Source: Antedon mediterranea (taxonomy: Eukaryota; Animalia; Echinodermata). From it: 64,000 bases of DNA. The position numbers and the translations under genes are program-made. The notes under the pieces were generated by a model. The model had not been told where the DNA came from and did no database searches. It saw only the letters and a program-made list of their open reading frames with translations. The stretch lies in assembly GCF_964355755.1 (NCBI RefSeq), contig NC_092675.1, forward strand, positions 4,459,812 through 4,523,811, read 5' to 3'. Positions 26,701-38,171 of this stretch are shown here, piece after piece; position 1 is the stretch's first letter, and each line of letters begins with the position of its first letter.

Positions 26701-27264
26701 GTAGATTTCAACATATAGTAGGAATCAATGAAACCATGCATAACGCAATATAGGTGTCTAACTGTAGTAATATTAGCTTCTAATATTGATTTTATTATGA
26801 AAAGTCTGTAGTTTTCGGTTATTTGTTCTTGGGAATTATTATATTGACGATCTTAATATTTTAATATAATTTAGTTCCAACACTTACAATATCAATATGT
26901 AATTTAAAACACAACAGCAATACCAAGATATTATGAGAAACAATCACAAACAACAGGTGATACAAAATATTGCTCTTGAAATTTCGTTTTAATAAATTGC
27001 AAATGGATAAGAACATATTAGTAATAAAGCTAAAGTAAATGATATCACTATAAAATTGCATAATACATAATAATTTAATGAATATGGCTTTGAATTTAAT
27101 GTATAGAGAAGGCCTATACCTAAAGACCATGTATTATGTACACTGTTAGTGCCTTCTCATGTAGCCAACACAATTTGGTATAAACCCATTTCATGCATAA
27201 TGATCAGTAATGGCAGTATATACTGTCTGCAGTGGTGATATGAGCACTCACCGGCTAAATCCAG

Positions 27265-27431
27265 GGGCTGTATTCACCATTCCCAATTAGGCTAAGGAAA
27301 AAACCCTTAAAATTAAATCAATCTCTTATCTAAGTGAATACAATTTAAGAGAAATACTTAAATATTTATTGAGTGAAGTGTAATACTAAATATTTACAGG
27401 AAATATCTCACTTGAGTGGTGAATATGGCCA
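27265..27431. mobile_element. Harbinger-type MITE with CAG TSD
   Basis: cag|GGGCTGTATTCACCA ... TGGTGAATATGGCCA|cag. Confidence 0.7.
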
Positions 27432-28089
27432 CAGGGCCTAAGAGTTTATGGGGCCTCAGAGCATGAGCAGCGTTCAGTGCTAAACCAGGGATCTTTCTCC
27501 CTGCATTTCACCACTGTCTAGTTGAATGAATACAAGTAATAACGCCACACACATGCTGTACATGTTATAATCTAGAAAATCTGGAAGTTCTATATAAGCA
27601 CATATACATAAATTACTATCTACTCTACAAAAACTAATTAATAGTCTAGTAATTGTTACCATTATTAATATCACTATTCTACTAGCAAGACTTCAGCAAA
27701 TCTATACATTTTTTTAAATGATGGAAAATTAATATATTAAAATGCAATTTAGTTTGAATTTGATCCTAAATAAATGGATAAAATGTGCATTATATGGTTA
27801 AAATGACACAGTTCGTTTTATCTTTAGTATGGTAGTCTAGCTTTATCAACAAAAAGTCAGAGTTTGGAGACATCAATTCATACAGTAGTTGTCTTGCTTA
27901 AAATTATGAAATATTGCACTGCAAATGTTTTACTAAACATATTTAATAAATTGATTAATAGGTAAATTAGATAGGTGGGGTAATATTTAGTAACTTGCAT
28001 ATGCTTGATAGACATAGCACCATTTTAAAGCTAATTGTATGTCCTACTCTTGGCATTATCCTTGGACTTATTTATAAAAAATAATTGCT

Positions 28090-28199
28090 ATACATGGACA
28101 TGATGATGTCGTATCACTACCATATTTAAGCATATCCTTACCATATTTGGGCACATCACACTTCTTTTGTCAAACTAGTTTGATAGTGTAGACAAAGCT
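28090..28199. mobile_element. MITE family A, copy 4 (left end missing)
   Basis: Internal GGACATGATGATGTC motif and right TIR. Confidence 0.75.
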
Positions 28200-28340
28200 T
28201 TATGGTGAATTTTGATTCACACTCAAAATTACTTTGCAAAGATTCATTATCTATAGCAAAAGATGACATATTCAGTTTCCCTGAAATTAAAGTTGAAATG
28301 AAATGTTTCCTGATTTTCTATGTTGTTTGATTAGTTTTCA

Positions 28341-28460
28341 TCAACGTCCTCGGATTATGGAAGGTCGGGTCACTTTCAGCATCACTTGTGTTTCTTTCTC
28401 TTTACTCAAAAGTTTAACAGCGTGTTTATGAGTAGCCATGGTAACATCATAACCATTAAC
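28341..28460 (-). CDS. TAX1BP3: TAX1BP3/TIP-1 PDZ protein, last exon
   Basis: VNGYDVTMATHKHAVKLLSKEKETQVMLKVTRPSIIRGR*; gtttag acceptor. Confidence 0.9.
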   Translation of the reverse strand, partial: VNGYDVTMATHKHAVKLLSKEKETQVMLKVTRPSIIRGR

Positions 28461-28597
28461 CTAAACAAACATAATTTCAGAATGTAAACAAAAATCAACT
28501 TTAAAAAAAATAGTTATTGTTTGCATTGTTATTATAAAGTAGGGAGTATTTTCATTAAACAATAGTGTTTTTAATTTTTTTAACTTGTCAGCATTAC

Positions 28598-28675
28598 CTC
28601 TAGAATCTTATCTCCTACTTGAAGTCCTCCAACCTCTGCTGGACCACCAGAGGCTACTTTTGTCACAAATATTCC
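28598..28675 (-). CDS. TAX1BP3: TAX1BP3 exon 3
   Basis: GIFVTKVASGGPAEVGGLQVGDKILE; AG/GT boundaries, 78 nt. Confidence 0.92.
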
Positions 28676-28854
28676 CTGAAAAAAAAATGCAAGTAAAACT
28701 AAATTTAAAATGGCTGATAAATCATTAAAAAAAAGGTTCAAAATGACATTAAAAACACCTTTTTTTTTTTAAATGAAAAGGTATTATTACAACAAATGGT
28801 GAGTAAAGAAGATGGTAAATAATGCGGGCCTACGCCTTAAAAAGATGATGGTGA

Positions 28855-30091
28855 GGTTAACCAGCAAGTTGGTTAACCAGAAAGTTTATTAACCAGCAAG
28901 TAGGTTAACCAACAAGTTGGTTAACAAGCAAGTTGGTTAACCAGCAAGGCTGTTAACCAGCAAGTTGGTTAACAAGCAAGTTGGTTAACAAGCAAGTTGG
29001 TTAACAAGCAAGTTGGTTAACCAGCAAGTTTGTTAACCAGCAAGTTTGTTAACCAGCAAGTTTGTTAACAAGCAAGTTTGTTAACCAGCAAGTTTGTTAA
29101 CCAGCAAGTTTGTTAACCAGCAAGTTTGTTAACCAGCAAGTTTGTTAACCAGCAAGTTGGTTAACCAGCAAGTTGGTTAACAAGCAAGTTGGTTAACTAG
29201 AAAGTAGGTTAAAGCCCCATTCCCTACGTTTTTTAGATTTAATTTAAGATCACAAACTATATTTAATGTAAAAATAATACTATATGGTCCTATTGCGATA
29301 ACTTTTTTCATCTTTAAACGGTTAAAAATGTGAAAAATAAGTCGATTCTAATAATTATAGCGGCCCGCTATAAATCCCAAAATGCATTGCGCGCGGATTG
29401 ATATTTTTGTTTTTCACCTGTAATTCGCCCACTTTTCGATCGATCGTGAGGCCAAAACAAATGGAAGACTCCTAACTTTTCAGCGAAAATACCGGGTTTT
29501 CCCCAATTTGTATCAACGGAGTCTGGCAAAAATAGAAAGACAATTAATGCAGCAACTATACAACGTCAGGCTAGGTATATAGCTAGCGTACGATGTTCGT
29601 ACGTTACCGATGTTTACCAGCTAGGCCTACAAAACTAAGCCTAGCTAGGCTAGGCCTAAGACCGTCCACGAGAGGTCGATCGCCGCGAGCTACTTAGGTA
29701 GTGCATTGTTTTTCACTTTTTATCATAATTTACCATAAAACGTACATTTAAGACAAGGAATGACATGGTTTAATGTTTTTAAAGTGATATATATGTATTA
29801 TTTTCCAAAAAACGTCCAAAATTGCAGGGAAGGGGTCTTTAACTAGCAAGTTTGCTAACCAGCAAGTAGGTTAACCAACAAGTTGGTTAACAAGCAAGTT
29901 GGTTAACCAGCAAGTTTGTTAACCAGCAAGTTGGTTAACAAGGAAGTTGGTTAACCAGCAAGGTTGTTAACCAGCAAGTTGGATAACCAGCAAGTTGGTT
30001 AACAAGCAAGTTGGTTAACAAGCAAGTTGGTTAACAAGCAAGTTGGTTAACCAGCGAATTTGTTAATCAGCAAGTTTGGTAACCAGCAAGT
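28855..30091. repeat. 16-bp minisatellite (GGTTAACCAGCAAGTT) split by a transposon
   Basis: Arrays at 28855-29212 and 29839-30091. Confidence 0.95.
29213..29838. mobile_element. Kolobok-like non-autonomous DNA transposon
   Basis: TTAA TSD, AG...CT termini, imperfect TIR AGCCCCATTCCCT/AGGGAAGGGGTCT; interrupts a 16-bp minisatellite. Confidence 0.75.
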
Positions 30092-30121
30092 TACAGTGTT
30101 GTGACCGGTGATACTATATAC

Positions 30122-30220
30122 CTTATCATTTGTACTAAATGGGTTCTTTGAAGCATCCTGATCAATACCACCAGCTATGCTAAAACCAAGGCCTGGGTTC
30201 TTCACCACAGTTATCTCAAC
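30122..30220 (-). CDS. TAX1BP3: TAX1BP3 exon 2 (GLGF loop)
   Basis: VEITVVKNPGLGFSIAGGIDQDASKNPFSTNDK; GGIDQD..NPFS is the TIP-1 signature. Confidence 0.92.
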
Positions 30221-30599
30221 CTTAAAAAATTACAATATCAATCAGAAAATATTTTAGTAGTATAGACCTAGTACTAGTAGTTTGTTTTTAATTGGTCAGA
30301 AAGTTTTCAAGTATCCAGTACACAAATCAAAGATCATAGGCTACATATAAGGGCCTAGGCCTATATATAGGGTGACATTTATAATCATAGCAAATTGTTT
30401 TATTTATTTTTCGTATATAAAAAAAATCAAATTGATCCAACTTCCAAAAACGGAAGCATTATACCAGGTTGATTAACAATGAGTCAGGCGAGATGATGAA
30501 CAAAAAAAAACAGATAATATGCGCGGTACCTGTCTTGATTCATGGAGTCATGCTTGATCATTATATGCTATCGTTTGAATAAGAAATAAATCAACTTAC

Positions 30600-30629
30600 A
30601 CACGGTATACCTGATCCAACAAATGACAT
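30600..30629 (-). CDS. TAX1BP3: TAX1BP3 candidate first coding exon A (MSFVGSGIPC)
   Basis: ATG followed by 10 codons and a gtaagt donor; phase 0 matches exon 2. Confidence 0.6.
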
Positions 30630-30726
30630 CCTACTAAAGAAACTATAAATTCTACTTGAATCTAATCAAGTATGCCCAAATTTGGTAAACGCCTTAGATT
30701 AAGATTTGACGGTGTAATTTGTTTAC

Positions 30727-30753
30727 CTTGCTTCTCTTCTTTGAATCATCCAT
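30727..30753 (-). CDS. TAX1BP3: TAX1BP3 candidate first coding exon B (MDDSKKRSK)
   Basis: ATG...AAG/gtaaac donor, phase 0, next to the ETS-motif promoter region. Confidence 0.5.
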
Positions 30754-30759
30754 GCGTGA

Positions 30760-30900
30760 CCATGACCTAGTAAACCCGGAAATACAGGTATGATGAGGGC
30801 GTTTATAAAAATGGTTCCCGTACGCAGTGCTCTTTTTGTCTCCACCTAGTGACACCATTGACGTTATTTTGAGTTTTTAGAGGTTTTTTTCGCGCCGCTC
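30760..30900. promoter_or_regulatory. Probable bidirectional promoter region
   Basis: Locally CpG-enriched; ETS core CCGGAAAT at 30776; sits at the head of TAX1BP3, with a + strand donor at 30788. Confidence 0.5.
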
Positions 30901-30924
30901 CTTTAGGTAGTTATATTCAAGAGA

Positions 30925-31128
30925 ATGGAAGCATTAGAAAACAGCTACCATGCGTTAGATTATTGTTTACTACGGCTGAAAAATATAGGTATTTGCAAAC
31001 TCGGTCTGGGCATGATCAACCCCCAAAGAACGTCTGGGATAAGAAAGTCTACGAGATGTATGCAGAAACTTGTCTCGTCTGTAAAATGTTTTCGTTACGT
31101 CAAAACATCGAGCGGCGTTTTTTGGTGA
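30925..31128 (+). CDS. Candidate 67-aa small ORF divergent from TAX1BP3
   Basis: Putative 5'UTR intron 30788-30906 (CAG/gtatga...ctttag), Kozak AGAATGG, AATAAA near 31140, 31246 and 31274; no confident homology. Confidence 0.3.
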   Translation: MEALENSYHALDYCLLRLKNIGICKLGLGMINPQRTSGIRKSTRCMQKLVSSVKCFRYVKTSSGVFW

Positions 31129-32623
31129 GAAATATTTCTTTCTTCATTTTCACAATTCCAATAAACTGTTAATAATATTAACGAAGATTTGTACTAAATG
31201 TATCATAGAATATTGGCACATTATCCAATCATGGCTGTTGAACAAAATAAATACAACTTTGCATTTTTTTTACAATAAAAGTTTTATTATATTATATATT
31301 TTAGTATATTATTAAAGTTTTGTTATTGATAAAATGTAATTACAATTTATCGGTAGTTGGTGTTGATCTGTTCACAATTGTTAATAATTGTCAATAACAC
31401 CATAAATATAATTTAAACTAAACTGAAATTTAAAATGTTATAGATTTTAAATGTTTTATTTGTGATATGTTCTCAATTGAGTCAGCAGAATATTGTCAAT
31501 TAAAATATTCTATCATCTCAAATAGAACATAACAATACATAACATAAAGTTATGACATCTCATTATTAAAACACAAACAAGAAATGTGAAACTTTTAGTT
31601 CAACCGCTGTCAGACAATTAATAATGATGTATATAATTGCTAGTAGGTTGTGCAAAGATTGTGACATTAACAAAAACAACCTTGTTTGTACTTGGCAAAT
31701 GTTTTCACAATGATCTTCGTCTAACTAAAATGTCAAGATAGTCATTCCAACATTTCTCTATCTGTAGTACTGCAAGCATTTTTATTATTAATATATTACG
31801 TAAAAAACCCTCCAGATTAAATTTAAAACAAATCTATTGGGCAACTGATTAATTTAATAACTTTTCAATTCACAACTAGACATAACAACACTACAGAATT
31901 TCCAAATAAGCAAATTGTTGCAAATGGACTTAAGTGTGTTGTGTGTTTATCTTTAATCCAGTTTAAAAACAAAATCTGTATAAATAGATGTAATGCTGTA
32001 GCTTAACAAAATATAATAAATTTCATCGATCTAAAAATTCATATTACAGTATGTTTTTATTAGGTGAAATAACTTTAATGATATGCTATTTAAGATTAAA
32101 TTCTCTGAAATTAAATGGTATATTTTAAATGTACTAAAAATCCTAATATAAGAAAATACAAGCCTTAATACTGTTAAAGACTATTATCATGCATTTGATA
32201 TAATATCACAAATTCAGATCTATAGAAATATATCTTACTTAAGTATATAAAACAAACAGTACTTTTTCTAAAATGATTAGTCTTGAATAATCTATTATGA
32301 ATCTGCATTAGAATTACAAATAAACCTATTTTATATTCTTCTTTTATATTCAATTAGTGACTAAAATTCCAGTAAAAAATGTTACATTTTAAATATATAA
32401 ATACTTCTGTCTTTAAGTTTGCAATATTTTGTCTAAGACTGAGTACAAAGTTAACATCACAATATACATCCTATGCAAGAATACATTGTATCCTTGTTTA
32501 ATGACACTCATATTTTCGCTATCCTTAGAATAAATCAGTTTTCCTCCTTTTCGGAAGAGTTCACAATTATATGCTTAAGTCTGTGTATAAAGTTACAGCA
32601 AGTCAAAGTCTGATATCAAAGAC

Positions 32624-32776
32624 TTAATCAATGATATGAAAGATAAGCTCCATAATAACTGGTCCTTCTTCAAATTGTGAGACTGCATTATGAAGTACTG
32701 GTATCATCTCATTGTCCAGACTGTTCATATAGGAGGATGGAAGGGCCTTGCCGTTTGAGCCAGCTTCATATCCCAC
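32624..32776 (-). CDS. ZFYVE9: SARA/endofin last exon
   Basis: VGYEAGSNGKALPSSYMNSLDNEMIPVLH...MELIFHIID*; SARA C-terminus. Confidence 0.93.
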   Translation of the reverse strand: MGYEAGSNGKALPSSYMNSLDNEMIPVLHNAVSQFEEGPVIMELIFHIID

Positions 32777-32899
32777 CTGAAATTGTAAAAACAAAAGTTT
32801 AGTAACTACCGTCTTTCTTGTAAAGGAGGATGGTGCATTAGTATTGTTATTTAATGATCTCTCAAATTGTCACCTCTGGAGAGGCCGACATGTTTATAG

Positions 32900-33300
32900 A
32901 AACAGAGATGACTGGAGAGGAGGAGATGAATTTGGGAGGCAGAGATGACTGGAGAGGAGGAGATGAATTTGGGAGGCAGAGATGAATGGAGAGGCAGAGA
33001 TGACTGGAGAGGCAGAGATGAATGGAGAGGCAGAGATGAATGGAGAAGCAGAGATGAATGGAGAGGCAGAGATGAATGGAGAAGCAAAGAAGAATGAAGA
33101 GAGAGAGAGAGATGAATGTAGAGGCAGACATGAATGGCAGAAATAAATGGAGAGGCAGACATGAATGGCAGAGATGAATGGAGAGGCAGACATGAATGGC
33201 AGAGATGAATGGAGAGCAGACATGAATGTAGAGGCAGACATGAATGGCAGAGATGAATGTAGAGGCAGATGTGACTGGATTGGCAGATGTGCAGAGACAC
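32900..33300. repeat. Purine-rich ~18-bp minisatellite
   Basis: GGAGAGGCAGAGATGAAT variants in the last SARA intron. Confidence 0.92.
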
Positions 33301-33432
33301 AGATGATATACAGAAATATTAATATAATGGACATAAAAATACATACAAGTAAAAGAGACTCATAGAGGGAATAAATACTCTATTGATTTTATGATTTTTT
33401 TCGAAAAAAGAGCTGTTAACAGTTCTACTCAC

Positions 33433-33715
33433 TCGTTCAGCATCCACGGTAACTCTCAGTGCTATTTTAGCCATTCCCGATTCCTTTAGATTGTCCAGAT
33501 GTTGTATTAATGCTACACAACAAGCAGTAGCTAAGGTTTCTGCCAACCGACTCAGATCCACTGGTTCCAGATGCTGGACAATTACCTCATTCGACTCCAA
33601 AAAGAAGACTTCTGTCCAACGTATGGCACGTTTCTTTCCCATGAAGTCGGTTCCATGATGAATACGGATGTTGTCGATGCCTTCCATTGATTTTCCGTCA
33701 ATTGGACTCTTCACT
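33433..33715 (-). CDS. ZFYVE9: SARA/endofin exon 14
   Basis: VKSPIDGKSMEG...IRWTEVFFL...LRVTVDAER; gtgagt donor. Confidence 0.93.
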
Positions 33716-33798
33716 CTGAAAAACAATTTGTTATCAAGTTTCAGTCAATACAAAGCTTTTGAATTCTGACAAACTATGACCTATGTATATTGGACTTA

Positions 33799-33903
33799 AG
33801 CTCTGTCTACACCATCAAACTTTATGTGCCCATATATGGACATGATGATGTCATACCACTACTACATTTAGGCATATCAAACGTTTTTTGTGTAGACAGA
33901 GCT
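33799..33903. mobile_element. MITE family A, copy 5
   Basis: Same TIRs, TTA TSD. Confidence 0.85.
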
Positions 33904-34181
33904 TTAGAATCCACAAAAACTGTGTTGAGGAATCAAGTGAGGAAGCACATCCAACTGCCACATACACAATGAATCAACATGGCATAACTATATTCTAGGC
34001 CCTAAATCTTCAAAAATCAAAAGTTTCCTAACATCCATTTTTTATATACTATATTCTGTTCTACAAACCTTTCTTTTTTGCTGTTTCAATGAACATCATT
34101 GTATCATAAAAAAATATTTAATTTATTTTCAATAGAAAATTACTCAATAACCTTAAAAAAAAACCGGAAATGAACACCTAC

Positions 34182-34425
34182 CCTTGATTAACTTTCCTCG
34201 TTTCTTCTATCCACTTTACAGTAACAACCTCCTCTGGTTCATTCTCTCCTATTGCCCCACACGGTATCCTAAAATCTTTCATCTCCCTGAGACGTTGTCG
34301 GAATGTGGCCATCATATCCGACTGTATCTGTACCATAACTCCATCTTCTACGATGCTAGACTTGGCAGTAAGGCCTGTGCTTGCTTTAAGCGCACCGTTG
34401 AATACAACAAAGCTGGCACCAGTAA
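34182..34425 (-). CDS. ZFYVE9: SARA/endofin exon 13
   Basis: VTGASFVVFNGALKASTGLTAKSSIVEDGVMVQI...LREMKDFRIPCG...VNQG. Confidence 0.93.
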
Positions 34426-34564
34426 CTGTAACAATAAATTGTTGTTTTATATCAATCAGGATGGACCAGTCTTTTAGTCAGTTTATTGTATGGCTGCCAA
34501 GTAATGTACTTTAATTTTTACTTAAAAAAGAAGCCTCTTTAATTATTTTTTTTATATATATATT

Positions 34565-34778
34565 TAGGCAAATTGCCAAGGATAACCATAAGCGAATTCA
34601 TTCACTATCCTTCTTAAAGGTGGCAATCCTGTTCACAAGACAAACATACACAAGATGAGATTACGAGTAATTTTTTAATTTTGTCCTTAGAAAAAATCCT
34701 GACATAAACAGGACTTGAACTCAGTACCCTTTGGAGTGGAAGCCAAGCATCATAACCACTAAGCCACAATTTCACTCC
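34565..34778 (-). mobile_element. tRNA-derived SINE (degenerate)
   Basis: A box TGGCTTAGTGG and B box GAGTTCAAGTCC with broken stems, followed by a body sequence. Confidence 0.6.
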
Positions 34779-35097
34779 TACTGTAACCTATTAGTATCTT
34801 TCCTCCACTTCCTAAAGCAGTACATAATATTTAAGACTAAGACATAAAAGGGCCTATGTCATTAAATCTAAAATACAGGTGTAACATGTAATTTCAATCC
34901 ACCAAGCAGTTGTTTGTCAACACAATTCATAATTACTGCAGCATTCCCTCACATTTGAGCTTTGCATGGGTAATCTAATCGCAATCCTATGAGATATCGT
35001 ACGTGGTCCTATGAAGTGTTATGTGCGGTTACAGACTAGAAATAACAATAGCTGTATTAAAAGTTATGTTCGATAAGTTGATGACGTTTATATTTAC

Positions 35098-35248
35098 CTT
35101 GCCTGGGTTTGTTTTGAATGTTGATAGCTTGTGTTTGGTAATTTGCCATCTCATTTTGTATACACACTAAGTGTGAGTCAGCATCAGTACTAAAGTTGGC
35201 AGCCAATGCCATCACATGTTCATTTGAATTACTTATTACTTTCATAAT
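35098..35248 (-). CDS. ZFYVE9: SARA/endofin exon 12
   Basis: IMKVISNSNEHVMALAANFSTDADSHLVCIQNEMANYQTQAINIQNKPRQ. Confidence 0.93.
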
Positions 35249-35311
35249 CTAAAAAGAAGAAAAGATTTGTGTAAAGAAATTGTTTTGAAGAATATTGGTC
35301 TAGCACCCTTA

Positions 35312-35449
35312 AGCTCTATCTACCCTATCAAACTTAATGTGACAAAAAAAAATTGATATGAACATGATGATATCACTACCCTATGTTACCATATTTGGGC
35401 ACATCACACTTTTTTTTTGTCAAATTAGTTTGATACCGCAGACAGAACT
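35312..35449. mobile_element. MITE family A, copy 6 (diverged)
   Basis: Degenerate TIRs, TTA TSD. Confidence 0.75.
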
Positions 35450-35636
35450 TTAGAAACAGTCCTAGTAACTCTTAATACTTCTTGAACACACAAAGTTGAT
35501 TTCCATGTCTAAACCTCACACAGCTTGTTCCATTTCAAGCGCATAAAAGAAAAGAAAAATAATAATAAAGAATTGAACAGCACCATCTTCCATTTAGTGT
35601 GAATGCAACTTTAGGGAGAACACTACATCAACATAC

Positions 35637-35741
35637 CTCATCATATTTACTGTTGGGAAAGTTAATCTGAGTTTCTTTTTTCTGCATATGTATTGTGATC
35701 CCTGGAATTTGAGGTAACATGTATTGGTAATTCTTAAAATC
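35637..35741 (-). CDS. ZFYVE9: SARA/endofin exon 11
   Basis: DFKNYQYMLPQIPGITIHMQKKETQINFPNSKYDE. Confidence 0.92.
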
Positions 35742-35829
35742 CTGAAAAATAAAAAAACAATAATTATACAAAACTAATGCTTATCAAATAAATAATATAG
35801 TAATTGAAGAATTTAATACTTTTACTTAC

Positions 35830-35912
35830 CGCTAACAGATTCATAATTGTATGTCCAATTTCTCCGTACACTGGTTTGCGCCCTCTAACACTCATTAAGG
35901 GACACGGATAAT
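35830..35912 (-). CDS. ZFYVE9: SARA/endofin exon 10
   Basis: [28 protein letters not shown]. Confidence 0.93.
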
Positions 35913-36032
35913 CTGTAGAGATAATATTCTTTAATTACAAACTGGTTTTCATAAAATCATTATGCTTTTGGAAAACAATTGCATGTTTCACTGTACCCAC
36001 TCTCTCTCTTGATTTAGAAGAACAGTACTCAC

Positions 36033-36257
36033 ATCTAAATTCCGCTCCTAACCTCAGCATGAGTCTCAACGGAAACACTTTAGCCCAGGGCATCTCCCAC
36101 TTCTGCAGCAAGACACCAAACAGGTAAGGAGGTTCCGGTAGGATGAGCTTCTGCAGACACTGGAATGTTGGTTTTAAGAACAGGAATCCACCATGCTGCC
36201 GACTACCAAGGAAGTTATCACCGCAAAAGGAGTGGCTCATGTCATTTATGGTGTTAC
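36033..36257 (-). CDS. ZFYVE9: SARA/endofin exon 9
   Basis: HGGFLF...PPYLFGVLLQKWEMPWAKVFPLRLMLRLGAEFR; gtgagt donor. Confidence 0.94.
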
Positions 36258-36630
36258 CTGTTAAATGATAAGTATTTGGTTTTAATTAGCCAATGTGCGG
36301 ATAACTCCTTGTAATTTGGGTGCTAGCTTGGTGTTTTTGTCTTTTTGTTCTCTTTCTTTTGTTTTCCACTCTTTCTCTTTATTGTCGAGCGCATAGAGAC
36401 ATCGTTTATTTGTGCTAAATCTATCTATTAATTATATTAATTGTCCAATCACTTTTTTTGTTTATTATTCTTCTTTCTGTCATTTTTGCGCTTCTCTAAA
36501 ATGTGTGGACAGAACATTTTGTAACTTTGTCAATATATCAACATTTTATGTGAAGTTGTGCACCTATTTTTAATGATGTCATAGTTGGCGCAACATGATT
36601 TGCGTGAAATTTTACGTATGATGGTCTTAC

Positions 36631-36795
36631 CTTTAGATGCTTCATAATAAAGGTTGTTAAAATGTACAAATACATCTCTTGGGATGGTCTTCTCATCAGG
36701 AGTAGACTCTAGTACCACAACCAGTTCATCTTGACCTACGGTTGTCATACCTTTGGTAGAGAAGCACCAACAAGTCCTGTTCACACAGCAATTCA
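36631..36795 (-). CDS. ZFYVE9: SARA/endofin exon 8
   Basis: NCCVNRTCWCFSTKGMTTVGQDELVVVLE...EASK. Confidence 0.92.
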
Positions 36796-36979
36796 CTGTA
36801 ATAAGATTCAAACATTGTTAATCAAATAATTATTTATTGTTAAATCTGAGAGAAAAAACTTATATACAGTATACTATAGAGTATAATCTCACCACTCCCA
36901 GAGAAACAGACATATTAAGCCATGGGTGTATTTAGTACCATATCTATATCTATATTTTTTTAAAATTAATAAAACTTAC

Positions 36980-37048
36980 ATTCAATGATTTTGACAAGTA
37001 CAAACAGGTTTTTATTTAGTACAAACACAACAGGATTAGGACTGTCAT
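36980..37048 (-). CDS. ZFYVE9: SARA/endofin exon 7
   Basis: DSPNPVVFVLNKNLFVLVKIIE; AG/GT boundaries, phase 1-1. Confidence 0.88.
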
Positions 37049-37221
37049 CTGAGAAAAATAAAAATATGTAATTAATATAAATAAAACGAATATAAATGTT
37101 ATGTTTCTTATTTTGTTATTTTATAAATTGATTAAGTAGAGACATTTAAAATGTATCTCATCATGAAAAAATAAATATCTTTGTGTGTATTGTGAAAACT
37201 GTTTTTTCTTTTTGTACTTAC

Positions 37222-37275
37222 TACGTAGTTCCAGAAATAATCTTTCCACGTTTGGATTCTCTTCAACTACATACT
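37222..37275 (-). CDS. ZFYVE9: SARA/endofin exon 6
   Basis: EYVVEENPNVERLFLELR; AG/GT boundaries, phase 1-1. Confidence 0.85.
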
Positions 37276-37589
37276 CTGAAAAATGCATGTTTTTTAAATG
37301 AATATATAATCATCTAATTTAATTTAATTCACACACCAATCAAATATTTATTTATGTGAAGGAAAATGTTCAGAATTTCATCAAAAAAAAAGTCTCTGAA
37401 AATGTATAAACATAAAAAAAATACTATATTTATTATTTTTTTACACTGGAACCAATCAATGTTCCATATGTATGCATTTCATGTATATTGGACAGAATAA
37501 AGTATTATAATGTATTGTGTATTCATATATAAGCCCACTCCAGTCAAATGACTTTGATATAATTATATCAAAACTTATCCTAGTAAGAT

Positions 37590-38158
37590 ACAGTAGTAGA
37601 ACCACTATTTAAGCGAATCAATAGTGTTCCTTTGATAGGGTGTCCTCTGAATAAAAGTGTCCCCTGAATAAGGATGTCTACTAAATAAGGGTGTTTCTTT
37701 AATAAGGGTGTTCCCTGAATAAGTGTGTCCTCTGAATAAAAGTGTCCCTTTAATAAGGATGTCTCCTGAATAAGGGTGTCTATTGAATAAGGGTGTCTCC
37801 TGAATAAGGGTGTCTCCTGAATAAGTGCGTCCCTTTAATAAGTGTGTCCCCTGAATAAGTGTTTCCCTTTAATAAGGATGTCTCCTGAATAAGGGTGTCT
37901 ATTGAATAAGGGTGTTTCCTGAATAAGTGTGTCTCCTGAATAAGTGCGTCCCCTGAATAAGTGTGTCCCTTTAATAAGTGTGTCCCCTGAATAAGTGTTT
38001 CCCTTTAATAAGTGTGTCCCCTGAATAAGGGTGTTCCGTGAATAAGGATGTCTACTAAATAAGGGTGTTTCTTTAATAAGGGTGTTCCCTGAATAAGTGT
38101 GTCCTCTGAATAAGTGTGTTCCCTAAATAAGGGTGTCCGAAAGAAGAGGTTGTAATGT
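37590..38158. mobile_element. Tc1/mariner-type MITE with internal ~19-bp tandem expansion
   Basis: ta|CAGTAGTAGAACC start, GAGGTTGTAATG|ta end, many TGAATAAGGGTGTCCCC-like units inside. Confidence 0.65.
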
Positions 38159-38171
38159 AATTATTATATAC

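Noticed and set aside
28433-28446. Near-perfect X-box GTAGCCATGGTAAC
   Set aside because: Lies in TAX1BP3 coding sequence (VTMAT) and is explained by protein constraint
32851-33365. Four overlapping ORFs
   Set aside because: Artefacts of an 18-bp minisatellite within the last SARA intron
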